Origin: Mobula hypostoma
Lineage: Eukaryota
NCBI RefSeq assembly: GCF_963921235.1
Contig: NC_086097.1
Coordinates: 75,456,001-75,520,000 of the forward strand
Direction: 5' to 3'
DNA length: 64,000 nucleotides
Part shown: one piece after another, positions 25,825-36,177 of the stretch
How the letters are laid out: each line of letters begins with the position of its first letter
How positions within the stretch are numbered: the first letter of the stretch is position 1
Notes under the pieces: generated by a model
Told to the model about the DNA's origin: nothing
The model's input: the letters and a program-made list of their open reading frames with translations, nothing else
Databases searched by the model: none
Program-made: the position numbers and the translations under genes

Positions 25825-26700
25825 GATATTTACATTGGATTATAATAGTCACATTTACTGAGGTATAGTGAAAAGCTTGTGCTTTGCCTGCCATCCAGGC
25901 AGATTATTGCATGCAAATTACAAAAAGAAAACCAATTGCAGAATGCAGAATAAAGTGTTGTAGCCACAGAGAACATGCTGTGCAGGTGGCAGAATACAAT
26001 GCAAGGGTTATGATGAGCTGGATTAGAAGATGAAGGCTTCACCAATTGGCGTATAAGACATCCTTTCAAGAGTCCACAGCTCGGTGTTCACAACTTTGCA
26101 ATTTCTTGCGATCCTGGGCAGAGAGTTGCTGTCATACCAAACTGTGATGCATTCATTTAGGATGCTTTCAACGTGCATCTGTAAAATTGGTAGAAATCAT
26201 GTCAAATTTCCTCACCCTTCTGAGGAAGTGGAAGCCTTAGTGTGCTTTTTGGTCATAATGTCCACGTAGCTGAATCGAGACGAATTGTTGGAAATTTACA
26301 GGTATGAGCTTGAGTCTCCCAACAATCCCCATCTCAGCACCATTGATACAGAGGGGGTATGCTCTCTATCTAGTTTGCTACAGTAAATAACCAGCCCTTT
26401 TATTTTAAAGGAAAGGTTATTGTCATGATATCATTAAACTAGACTTTGTATCTCCTTTTAGTATTCCATTTTGTCGTTGTTCGAGTTCCGGCCCACTACA
26501 GTGCTGTCATCTGCAAACTTATAAATGGAGCCAGAGCAGACTTTGGCCTCACAGCCATGAGTGCATAAAGGATGTAATAGAGAGCTGAGGACAGAGCCTT
26601 GTGGAGTATCTGTATTGAGGATATATTGTTACCTATCTTTACCGATTGTGGTCTGTAGGTCTGGAAGTCAATGATCCAATGACAGAGATAGGTACAGAGC
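25825..26700 (-). mobile_element. Rex1/Babar-like LINE fragment
   Basis: Minus strand encodes an [16 protein letters not shown] RT motif near 26490-26525 and carries a Rex1-type 3' UTR. Confidence 0.7.
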
Positions 26701-27290
26701 CCTTCTCTTCTTCATTTTATCAATGCCACAGAAGCCAATGTGAGCTGCAACCTCTGTTTCCATTCCTCCTCTTAATTACCTCATGACATCCTTGACCACA
26801 GCAATAGAAGAGCCATGTACAGTGCCATAAACTTACCTTTTGCCAAGCTCCCCTACGTTTGGCACTGTTCAATGACATCCAGTTGCCTTTCGCAACATGA
26901 AATGATAGTTACTCTGGGGTTTTTTCCCGATCTTCCTGCCTGCCTACTTCCCTCCACCTGGTATTCAGCCACTGCCAATGTGATGACCTCTGCTTTAGCT
27001 TTGGGGCGATCACTTCTAAAAACATACTATCTAATGAACACAGCCTTGCTGATGCACCATGTTGCCTCCGGAAGTTGAACTCTATTGTGCAGACTGGTCC
27101 ATCCCATGGCACCTCGTGCAGAGGTAGTCATCCACACATCAGCGTGCCTTGGAATTCCTTTGTGCACCAGGTCATTCAAAACCAGGGAATGAGCTTCCCT
27201 GCAACACCTAGATCTCAATTACATTGCTCCTATAATGGAACAGTAATTCAAACAGAAAAATAATGAATTACTTTTGAATTAAGTTTCTAT

Positions 27291-27965
27291 GATGGCGGGA
27301 TGGCGATGCAGCGCGCGCAGCCTCTCCGGTGAAATGATATTGTATTTGTTAAATAGGGGTCATGCACAATTCTGATTTGATGGAGACAGATGTGAGAAGC
27401 ATGGAGGAACATTGGAGAAACTTCTGAAATGCCGGGTTCGCTGCCGCTGCTACTGTGCGATCGAGAATCTCTGAAGGGAAGGCCCCAAATCCTTGGCTTT
27501 TCCTGTTGCTGGCAGCCGGGGCTGGGGTCAAAGCGCTCGGCAGAGATGGTGCTCAGTGTTCGGTGTCGGAGGGCTGGTCGGAGGCTCGAAGTTTTCAGAT
27601 GACTCAGAGTCGGACTGTCGTCAGGTGCTTCCAGGATGCTGCATCGGCAAGTTTGCAGCGCTGGAAGCTCATGGCAGAAAGAGAGTTTTCTTCCCTCTCC
27701 TGTCTGTGTGAGATGATGGGACTTTCGAGAGACTTAGAATTTTTTTTACCATGCCCATGGCCTGTTCTTCATCAAGTTACGGTATTGCTTGCACTGTTGT
27801 AACTGTATGTTATAATTATGTGGTTTTTGTCAGTTTTTCAGTCTTGGTCTGTCTTGTGTTTCTGTGATATCACACTGGAGGAACATTGTATCATTTCTTA
27901 ATGCATGCATTACTAAATGACAATAAAAGAGGACTGCGTGTCCTCATAATCTAATCTAATCTAAT
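27291..27965 (+). mobile_element. non-autonomous retroposon with Rex1-like ends
   Basis: 5' gatggcg start, CpG-rich body with no recognisable ORF, aataaa (27922-27927), gaggac/gtcctc hairpin (27929-27945), (ctaat)n tail. Confidence 0.6.
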
Positions 27966-28183
27966 ATTTATGTTTTCTGTCTAAAGAATCCTTATATAAA
28001 GAATGCTGTCTTTATTTTTGGTTAAGCTAGTACAGGGCAACATTAGAGAGGCATATTTTTAACCAGAATGACAGGAATGTGGAACCACTGCCACAAGGTA
28101 TTGATGTTATCTCACTGGAAGATGTGGGTTTAGGTGCTAAGTAATTATGTATTGTCATATTGTTGCTACACAATTCAATTTCC

Positions 28184-31100
28184 CTCTCTTTAAATCTTTT
28201 TATTGAGTAAGTATACAAAAAAGGTAAGCCATATAAACATTAATACAATGTTAAAGTATAATAAAATTCCAAAAGATAACAATACCAAAAAGAAAATACT
28301 ACAAACAATGTAATTTAAGCATAAGAAACCAAGATAACATAATAGTATACTAGATTTTATATATATCAATGGAAAAAAAGAAAAAAAAACCCCAAAAAAA
28401 AAACCCACCGTGCAACTAACTAAAAGCAAAGCAAAGCAATGGGCTAACTTGAAACCAAACAGAGTTAAACTTAAAATCACGTCCTCAATCCCGACCTCCA
28501 TTAAAACAGTGAAGAAAAAACAAGAAGGGTAAATATTACATTAAATGAAAATATCGAATAAAAGGTCCCCAAATCTGTTCAAATTTAAATGAAGAATCAT
28601 AAAGGTTACTTCTAATTTTCTCCAGATTCAAACATAAAATCGTCTGAGAAAACCAAAAAAAGGTAGTTGGAGCATTAAGCTCTTTCCAATGTTGTAAAAT
28701 ACATCTTTTCGCCATTAAAGTAAGAAATGCAATCATTCTACGGGCTGAAGGGGAAAGATTACTAGAAATTTTAGGTAGTCCAAAGATAGCAGTAATAGGG
28801 TGAGGAGAGATATCTATATTTAATACCTTAGAAATAATATTGAAAATATCTCTCCAAAAAGTTTCCAAAGTAGGGCAAGACCAAAACATATGAGTTAAAG
28901 AGGCTATCTGCCCCGAACATCTATCACAGAAAGGATTAATATGCGAGTAAAAACGCGCTAACTTATCTTTGGACATATGTGCTCTATGAACCACTTTAAA
29001 TTGAATTAGGGAATGTTTAGCACAAATAGAGGAAGTATTAACTAATTGTAAAATCTGCCCCCAATCATCCACAGAAATGGTAAGCCCCAATTCCTGTTCC
29101 CAATCTACCCTAATCTTATCAAATGGAGCTTTCCTAAGTTTCATAATAATATTATAAATCATAGCCGATGCACCTTTCTGACATGGATTAAGGTTAATTA
29201 TCGAATCTAAAATATATATAGGAGGAAGCATTGGAAAGGAAGTAAGTATAGTACTTAGGAAATTTCTAACTTGTAAATATCTAAAAAAATGTATTCTTGA
29301 TAAGTTATATTTGTTAGATAATTGTTCAAAAGACATAAGGGAACCATCTAAAAATAAATCCAAAAACCGTAAAATACCCTTAGTCTTCCAAGTTTGAAAA
29401 GCGCGATCCGTAAAAGAGGGAGGAAAAAATATGTTACCTAAAATAGGAATCGCTAACCCGAATTGATTAAGATCAAAAAATTTTCTGAATTGAAACCAAA
29501 TGCGCAAAGCATATTTAACTATCGGGTTAGAGACCTGCTTAAGACGTTTCGAATCAAAAGGAAGAGAGGAACCTAAAATAGAACCAAGTGTATAACCCTG
29601 AACAGATTGTAATTCCAATGCTACCCATTTAGGAATAAATAGTATGTCCCGATCAAGTAACCAAAATTTCATATGTCGAATATTAATAGCCCAATAATAA
29701 AATCTAAAGTTAGGTAATGCTAAACCTCCATCTCTCTTAGCTTTCTGTAAATGTATTTTACCCAGTCTCGGATTCTTGTTCTGCCAAATAAATGAAGAAA
29801 TTTTAGAGTCAACTTTATCAAAAAAAGATTTAGGAACGAAAATTGGTAATGCCTGAAACACATATAAAAATTTTGGCAAAAAAAACATCTTAACTGCATT
29901 AATACGACCAATCAAAGTTAAATATAAGGGAAACCATTTAGATGAAAGTTGAGTAATATGGTCTATTAATGGTAAAAAGTTAGTCTTAAATAAATCTTTA
30001 TGTTTACAAGTAATTTTAATCCCAAGATATGAAAAGTAATTATTAATCAATTTAAATGGAAATTTATAATATAAGGGAAGATGTTTATTAATCGGAAAAA
30101 GTTCACTCTTACTAAGATTTAATTTATAACCTGAGAAAAGACCAAATTGTGCTAATAACTCTAAAACAGCAGGAATGGATCTCTCAGGATTAGAAATATA
30201 TAAAAGTAAATCATCAGCATAGAGTGATAATTTATGGGACTTTAATCCCCGAGTTATCCCAGTAATATTTAAAGATTCTCGAATAGCAATTGCAAGAGGT
30301 TCTAATGCAATATCAAATAATAGGGGACTAAGAGGACAGCCTTGTCGAGTACCACGAAAGAGAGGAAAAAAAGGTGAGTTTAAGGAGTTAGTACGAACCG
30401 AGGCTACAGGGGAGTAATATAACAGTTTAATCCAGGATATAAATTTCAAGCTAAAATTAAACATTTCAAGCACCTTAAATAAATAAGGCCATTCTACTCT
30501 ATCAAAAGCTTTCTCGGCATCTAAAGAAATAACACACTCAGGAACATTTTGTGAGGGAGTATAAACGATATTTAACAATGTACGAATATTATAAAAAGAG
30601 TAACGACCTTTAATAAAACCCGTTTGGTCTTCCGAAATAATAGAAGGAAGTACTTTTTCTAGTCTATTTGCTAATAACTTAGAAAAAACTTTAGAATCAA
30701 CATTTAATAAAGATATTGGTCTATAAGATGCACATTGAGCAGGGTCTTTATCCTTCTTTAGTATTAAAGAAATTGATGCTCTATTAAAAGATTCCGGAAG
30801 TTTACCAAGTTTCAAAGAAGCCTCAAAAACCTTATAGAGCCAAGGAATCAATAAAGAAGCAAAACATTTATAAAATTCAACGGTAAACCCATCAGGGCCA
30901 GGAGCTTTCCCCAGATTCATAGAAAAAATAACATTCTTAATCTCATCCATTGTAATGGAAGTATCTAATAAAGAAGACATATCCTGTGAAATCAGAGGGA
31001 AGTCTAACTTATCTAAAAAATCATTCATATATTTAGAATCTCGAGGAGACTCTGATTGGTATAAAGAAGAATAAAAATCACAAAAGGTTTGATTAATCCC

Positions 31101-32896
31101 CACATGATCCAATATCAATCGATCATTTTGGTTATAAATCTGATTGATTTGAGATTTAACATAATTAGATTTCAATTGATTAGCCAGCAGCTTGCCAATT
31201 TTATCACTGTGAACATAAAAATCACTTCTTGTTTTCTTTAATTGGTTTACAATCGAGGACGAGAGTAGTAAACTGTGTTCCATTTGAAGTTCAGTTCTTT
31301 GTTTGTATAGCTCCTCAGAAGGAGCCATAACATATTTCTTATCAATTTCTTTAATCTTGTCCACAATTACCATCTCCTCCTGCTTCTGTTTCTTCCTCAA
31401 AGCAACGGAATACGAAATAATCTGACCCCGAATATAGGCTTTAAAAGTGTCCCAAAGAGTGTTAACCGAAATATCTTCTGTATGGTTAATTGTAAAAAAA
31501 AGCTCAATCTGTTCATTCATAAAATTAACAAAGTCCGAGTCCTGAAGCAACAGCGAATTAAAACGCCATTGTCTATTGTTTGGTATATTGGCCATAATTT
31601 TAATAGAAAGCTTAAGTGGAGCATGATCCGAAATGGTTATAGAATCATAATCACATTTAATCACTGAAGAAATGAGACGAGAATCAATGAAAAAATAATC
31701 AATTCTTGAATAGGAATGATGAACATGTGAAAAGAAGGAAAAATCTTTTTCCTGAGGATGCAGAAAACGCCAAATGTCCGTCGACCCAGAATCAGAAAGG
31801 AAAAAATTAATCAAATTTGCAGATTTATTAGGTAAAGTCCGTAAAGGAGCCGAACGGTCCAAAGCTGGAGATAAACAGGTATTAAGATCTCCGCCCCAAA
31901 TCAATGAAAACTCGTTCAAATTCGGAAACTGATCAAACAATGATTTATAAAATTCCGGACAATCCATATTAGGAGCATAAACATTAACCAAAACTACTTT
32001 TTTATTAAATAATAAACCACTAACCAATAAAAATCTACCATTCGGATCAGAGATAATATCCTGTTGTATAAAAGTAACTGAGGAGTCTATAAAGATAGAG
32101 ACGCCTCGAATCTTAGCATTGGAGTTCGAATGAAATTGTTGTCCCTTCCAAAATTTGAAAAAACGTAGTCTGTCCCCCCTCCGTACATGGGTCTCTTGTA
32201 AAAATAAAATTTGTGCTTTAAGTCTCCGGAACACTTTAAAAACTTTTTTCCTTTTAATAGGATGATTAAGACCATTAGTATTCCAGGAGACAAAATTAAT
32301 AATAGACTCCATAAATCCTAAAGTCAACCCATAACAAAGAGGATTGACAATAGGCGCGACCCACAGACCCGGAGAGGAAACAGAACATACAAAAGATACC
32401 GGGGAAAAGGACGTAACCAATACTTCAATAATGTATATAGCCCAAAGAGAAACAAACTAAAACGTGAAGCCCCTCCCACCGCCCCCCACCCCAGGACCCC
32501 AAGGCGAAATCTAAAGCAGACCCGCCAGAAGGAAGCAAGCGCTAAAACTACCCCCATGACTTCCGGTATACGCTCCCTAAAAAAAAGGTATAAATATGAA
32601 AAAGGATCAGCTAATTGTAAAACAGTAAAAAAAATAAGTAAAAAAAAGTTAACTCAATTAAAATACACACAGAACAGAACAAAAGCCGGAAAGTATATAT
32701 TAAAAAAAACCACAATAAACCTCAAACTCATGAATAGACACAGCAACAAAAAAAATAGGATTATTAACATAAAATGATTATAAAAAGCAAAACAGAATAA
32801 AATTTAAAAAAAACTACAAAATTTAAGGCCGCACAGGAAATACGTAAGATGACAAAAGGGAAGTAACCACCCAGAATCCCCTGGGAAAAGAAAGAA
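28184..32896 (-). mobile_element. young 5'-truncated L1-clade LINE
   Basis: 14-bp TSD acaattcaatttcc (28170-28183, 32897-32910). Intact ORF2. 3' UTR with aataaa. No ORF1 inside the TSD-bounded unit. Confidence 0.95.
28536..32312 (-). CDS. L1 ORF2 protein (APE endonuclease, reverse transcriptase, Cys/His domain), 1258 aa
   Basis: Uninterrupted ORF: SWNTNG, FLQETH, NVYAPN, GGDLN, SRIDY, SDH; KAPGPDG, YRPISLLN, DAEKAFD, RQGCPLSP, YADD; CDRC...HMFWSC. The ATG at 32312 lies just before the APE domain. Confidence 0.95.
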   Translation of the reverse strand: MESIINFVSWNTNGLNHPIKRKKVFKVFRRLKAQILFLQETHVRRGDRLRFFKFWKGQQFHSNSNAKIRGVSIFIDSSVTFIQQDIISDPNGRFLLVSGLLFNKKVVLVNVYAPNMDCPEFYKSLFDQFPNLNEFSLIWGGDLNTCLSPALDRSAPLRTLPNKSANLINFFLSDSGSTDIWRFLHPQEKDFSFFSHVHHSYSRIDYFFIDSRLISSVIKCDYDSITISDHAPLKLSIKIMANIPNNRQWRFNSLLLQDSDFVNFMNEQIELFFTINHTEDISVNTLWDTFKAYIRGQIISYSVALRKKQKQEEMVIVDKIKEIDKKYVMAPSEELYKQRTELQMEHSLLLSSSIVNQLKKTRSDFYVHSDKIGKLLANQLKSNYVKSQINQIYNQNDRLILDHVGINQTFCDFYSSLYQSESPRDSKYMNDFLDKLDFPLISQDMSSLLDTSITMDEIKNVIFSMNLGKAPGPDGFTVEFYKCFASLLIPWLYKVFEASLKLGKLPESFNRASISLILKKDKDPAQCASYRPISLLNVDSKVFSKLLANRLEKVLPSIISEDQTGFIKGRYSFYNIRTLLNIVYTPSQNVPECVISLDAEKAFDRVEWPYLFKVLEMFNFSLKFISWIKLLYYSPVASVRTNSLNSPFFPLFRGTRQGCPLSPLLFDIALEPLAIAIRESLNITGITRGLKSHKLSLYADDLLLYISNPERSIPAVLELLAQFGLFSGYKLNLSKSELFPINKHLPLYYKFPFKLINNYFSYLGIKITCKHKDLFKTNFLPLIDHITQLSSKWFPLYLTLIGRINAVKMFFLPKFLYVFQALPIFVPKSFFDKVDSKISSFIWQNKNPRLGKIHLQKAKRDGGLALPNFRFYYWAINIRHMKFWLLDRDILFIPKWVALELQSVQGYTLGSILGSSLPFDSKRLKQVSNPIVKYALRIWFQFRKFFDLNQFGLAIPILGNIFFPPSFTDRAFQTWKTKGILRFLDLFLDGSLMSFEQLSNKYNLSRIHFFRYLQVRNFLSTILTSFPMLPPIYILDSIINLNPCQKGASAMIYNIIMKLRKAPFDKIRVDWEQELGLTISVDDWGQILQLVNTSSICAKHSLIQFKVVHRAHMSKDKLARFYSHINPFCDRCSGQIASLTHMFWSCPTLETFWRDIFNIISKVLNIDISPHPITAIFGLPKISSNLSPSARRMIAFLTLMAKRCILQHWKELNAPTTFFWFSQTILCLNLEKIRSNLYDSSFKFEQIWGPFIRYFHLM

Positions 32897-33129
32897 ACAA
32901 TTCAATTTCCACGAGGAAAAAGATGATGCTGAAAATTAGGACTGTTTCTATTAGATTGCCAAGTCCATGAACTTCGTTCCACAGACACAGTAAGCCAAAT
33001 AGCCAGTGACCTCTTTCTCTGCTGTACATTTCTCTGATCTGGATCCTCCATTCGATTGAAGCACAGAGGACCCTGGACATGTCTAGTGTGGCCCAACTAC
33101 ATAGGAACCGTGCACACTAGGATGCCACA

Positions 33130-34025
33130 TCAAAATCAAAATCAGCTTTATCATCACCGATGTAGGTAAGGAAGTTTGTTATTTTGCAGCAGCTGTACAG
33201 TGCAAGACATAACAAATATTATAAACTTCAAAAATTAAATAAATATGCAAAAGAAGAATAACAAAGTAGTGTTCATGGTTTCCTGAGCCATTCAGAAATC
33301 TGATGGCAGTGGGGAAAATACTAAAATGTTGAGTGTAGGTGTTCGGGTTCCTGTACGTTATCATGGATGGTAGAAATGAGAAGAGGGCGTGTCCGGGATA
33401 GTGAGAGTCCTTAGTGACGGATAGTGCCTTCTTAAGACACCACCACTTGAAGATAATCTTGGTGATGGTGAAGGTTATGAACACAATGGAACTGGCTGAC
33501 TCTACAGCCTTCTTCAGCCTCCTTCGATTCCAGTGCATTGGAGCCCCCAGAACAGGATGCGATGCTGTGGTGCAACCAGTCGGAATACTGTCCACTGTAC
33601 GTCTGTAAAAGTTTGCAACATTCTTTGGTAGTATACCAGATCTCCTCAAACTCATAACAAAGTAGAGCAGCTAGCATGGCTTGTTGGTGACTGCATCAAT
33701 ATATTGGACCCAGGACAGATCTTGGAGCTGTTGATACTCAGGAACTTGAAGTTGCTCACGATTTCTACTGCTGACCTCTCAAAGGGTGTTCTCCGGACTT
33801 CCCTTGCTTGAAATCCACATTCAGTTCCTTAATTTTGCTGATGATAAGTACAAGGTTGGTGTTGCAATAACACTCAACCGTATGATCCACCTCAGTTCTG
33901 TATTGCTCCTCACTACCATCTGAGATTCGGCCAACATGAGTGGTGTCAGCGACAAATTTATAGATTGCGTTTGAACTGTATAGCTGCACTGTTATGAATG
34001 TAGCGAGAGTGTAGCCAGGCACATG
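33130..34025 (-). mobile_element. Rex1/Babar LINE 3' fragment
   Basis: IYKFVADTT, KELNVDF and FYRRTVDSIPTGCTT motifs. (caaaat)n-like tail near 33130. Confidence 0.8.
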
Positions 34026-34881
34026 TGGCCATGCAAGTAGAAAGAAGCCAACTTGCACCTACTAAGCTTGTCTTAGTGTGAGTCAAAGCAGACTCTGGGA
34101 CCAAACCTCGGATCCTGGGAACCAACTCAGTGAAAGCCACCAAAGTAGTTTATTTATCCAGCTCTTGCCTGGGTGTCCCACCATGTTTCATAGAAATGAC
34201 ACGAAATCACACTTCCAAATTCACAAAGCTCCCACCCATTGATCTGCAGCTCTACTTCTTCTCAAGAAGTGTCCACAAATTGTCCACCCAGTGATCATAC
34301 CTCTGGAATACCATGCCGACCAAATGTCAACCCCAGCCACAGGAAATGATCTCACTTCTCATATGCTGAACCCACCCAGTCTGCTGACTGGGTGGGCAAA
34401 TACTGATTTCCACCCAGACTGCAGTTGGAGATTCAAAAATTGTCTCATATTTCAATCAATAATCACAGCCACTCTTCTCAGCTACCCACTCACATCTCCC
34501 AAATACTGAATCTCATCCAGACTGCAGAATCTTGATCGTACTGTTAGGGCATTTTTGGGGATAGGAAGTAAAGCAAATATCGACTTCAGCGAACAACCTT
34601 CTGATCTGAATATGCATTGAAGATTAAATCTAAAGTGCATCTCTGAACAATGGTTAGACAACGCTGATTTAAACTTGTTATTTGTGTGTATTTGGGTGTC
34701 TGTAGTATGGTTGCAAAGGAGGGAGATGTGAAAGGCGTGTGTAGTTCAAAGGAAACATTGTAAATATGGATTGTTTAAATTGTCCTGAATTTTTCTTTGA
34801 TCTTTAGCACATAAAATGATGTGTAAAGCTGGGCCAAGCAGACCATTTCTACTGAAAGGTTCTCAATAAGGTGCCTGCTGT

Positions 34882-34978
34882 TAGTCCTGACGAAGGGTCT
34901 CTGCCTGAAACGTCGACTGTACCTCTTCCTAGAGATGCTGCCTGGCCTGCTGCGTTCACCAGCAACTTTGATGTGTGT
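34882..34978 (+). mobile_element. 97-bp Penelope pLTR mini-insertion
   Basis: Near-identical to 46640-46735. Flanked by tgcctgctgt (34872-34881) / tgcctgttgt (34979-34988), a 9/10 match TSD. Confidence 0.85.
34883..34918 (+). ncRNA. minimal type I hammerhead ribozyme
   Basis: AGUC-CUGACGA-AGG(GUCUCUG)CCU-GAAA-C-GUC-GACU. All core nucleotides and helices I and II are intact; predicted cleavage after 34914. Confidence 0.8.
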
Positions 34979-35977
34979 TGCCTGTTGTATATTGTTTTTG
35001 GCGAATAAAGAGGCGGCTTCATAGCTACCAGTACTTTTCTCCGGTGACTTCATTCATGCAACAACACGGAACCCCCTGAATGTCAACCTTTCCCATTTGG
35101 CTGCTGGTCTCATCCCCCAGGATACTCCATGTATCAAGTGCTGCATGCAACCCCTCGAAACCTATTCCAAATTCTGATTCAGATCTGCTGAATACTGGCC
35201 AACCGCACTTGACTACTTATAAACATCTGTAATCAAGCCTATCCCAAAACTGCTGCCCAACCACTGACACAAACAGCTAAACCTAACACTCAAACCCCTT
35301 TCTATTTCTCTCTTTCACTAGCCACTCCCCACTCTTGTCATGCAACTACAGTCTACTGGTGCCCCATGCTAAACTTCCTGAATCTGTTATTCTCCAAGGA
35401 TTTTCTGTTTCAACCTCAAGGATTGTTTATTGCTCCTTTCCAGTAATTGACCAATTTTTAGTGAGTCTTTCATCTCACTTTCATTATGAATTGTAATATG
35501 ATTCAGCGATGTGGAGATATTCAATTCTATGATACACTTCAGTTAAAAAGGGCAGCTTTAACTTAATGGGATGATTGATTACTTTGCTGCACTCTACTTC
35601 TTGATCCAATCAGTATTTGCAGAAAGGAATTGTTTTTATTATATCAATTTTCTAAAATCTAATATAATGTTGAAGCCTGATTGGTTGATAAGTGGATATT
35701 ACAGTATTGTCATGTTCTCTTTTGTGGACTAAAGTCAACAAGTAACATTGAATAGTATGAATTGCCTGTAGCTCTTTCAAGCTATGTTTTACAAGAGCTT
35801 GCTGAACAGATATAAGTGAAATAGATGGCAGAAGAGTACACCTGGTTCGTGACTTATTAGCACGAGAAGTAGAGGTTATTCAGTGTGAAGCTGTCAATGT
35901 TGATATTTTCTCTTCAGTAGAACAAAGAAGAACCTGGAAGTGAAACAAGAATTAATTTTGGTTTCAGTTGGGATTTA

Positions 35978-36150
35978 GACCATAAGACATAGGAGCAGAA
36001 TTAGGTCATTCAGCCCATCCAGTCTGCTCCGCCATTCCAACATGGCTGATCCCGGACCCCACTCGACCCCATACACCTGCCTTCTCCCCATACCCTTTGA
36101 TGCCCTGACCAATCAGGAAACGATCAACTTCTGCCTTAAATATATACGTG
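35978..36150 (-). mobile_element. CR1 3' end fragment
   Basis: accataagacataggagcagaattagg tail/3' UTR, similar to 36178-36340. Confidence 0.75.
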
Positions 36151-36177
36151 ATCTTCTAATTGTATTGCTTAATTTAC

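Noticed and set aside
32313..32420. 36-aa N-terminal extension of L1 ORF2 in the ORF track
   Set aside because: Starts at a non-ATG codon. The ATG at 32312 sits at the usual position just before the APE domain.
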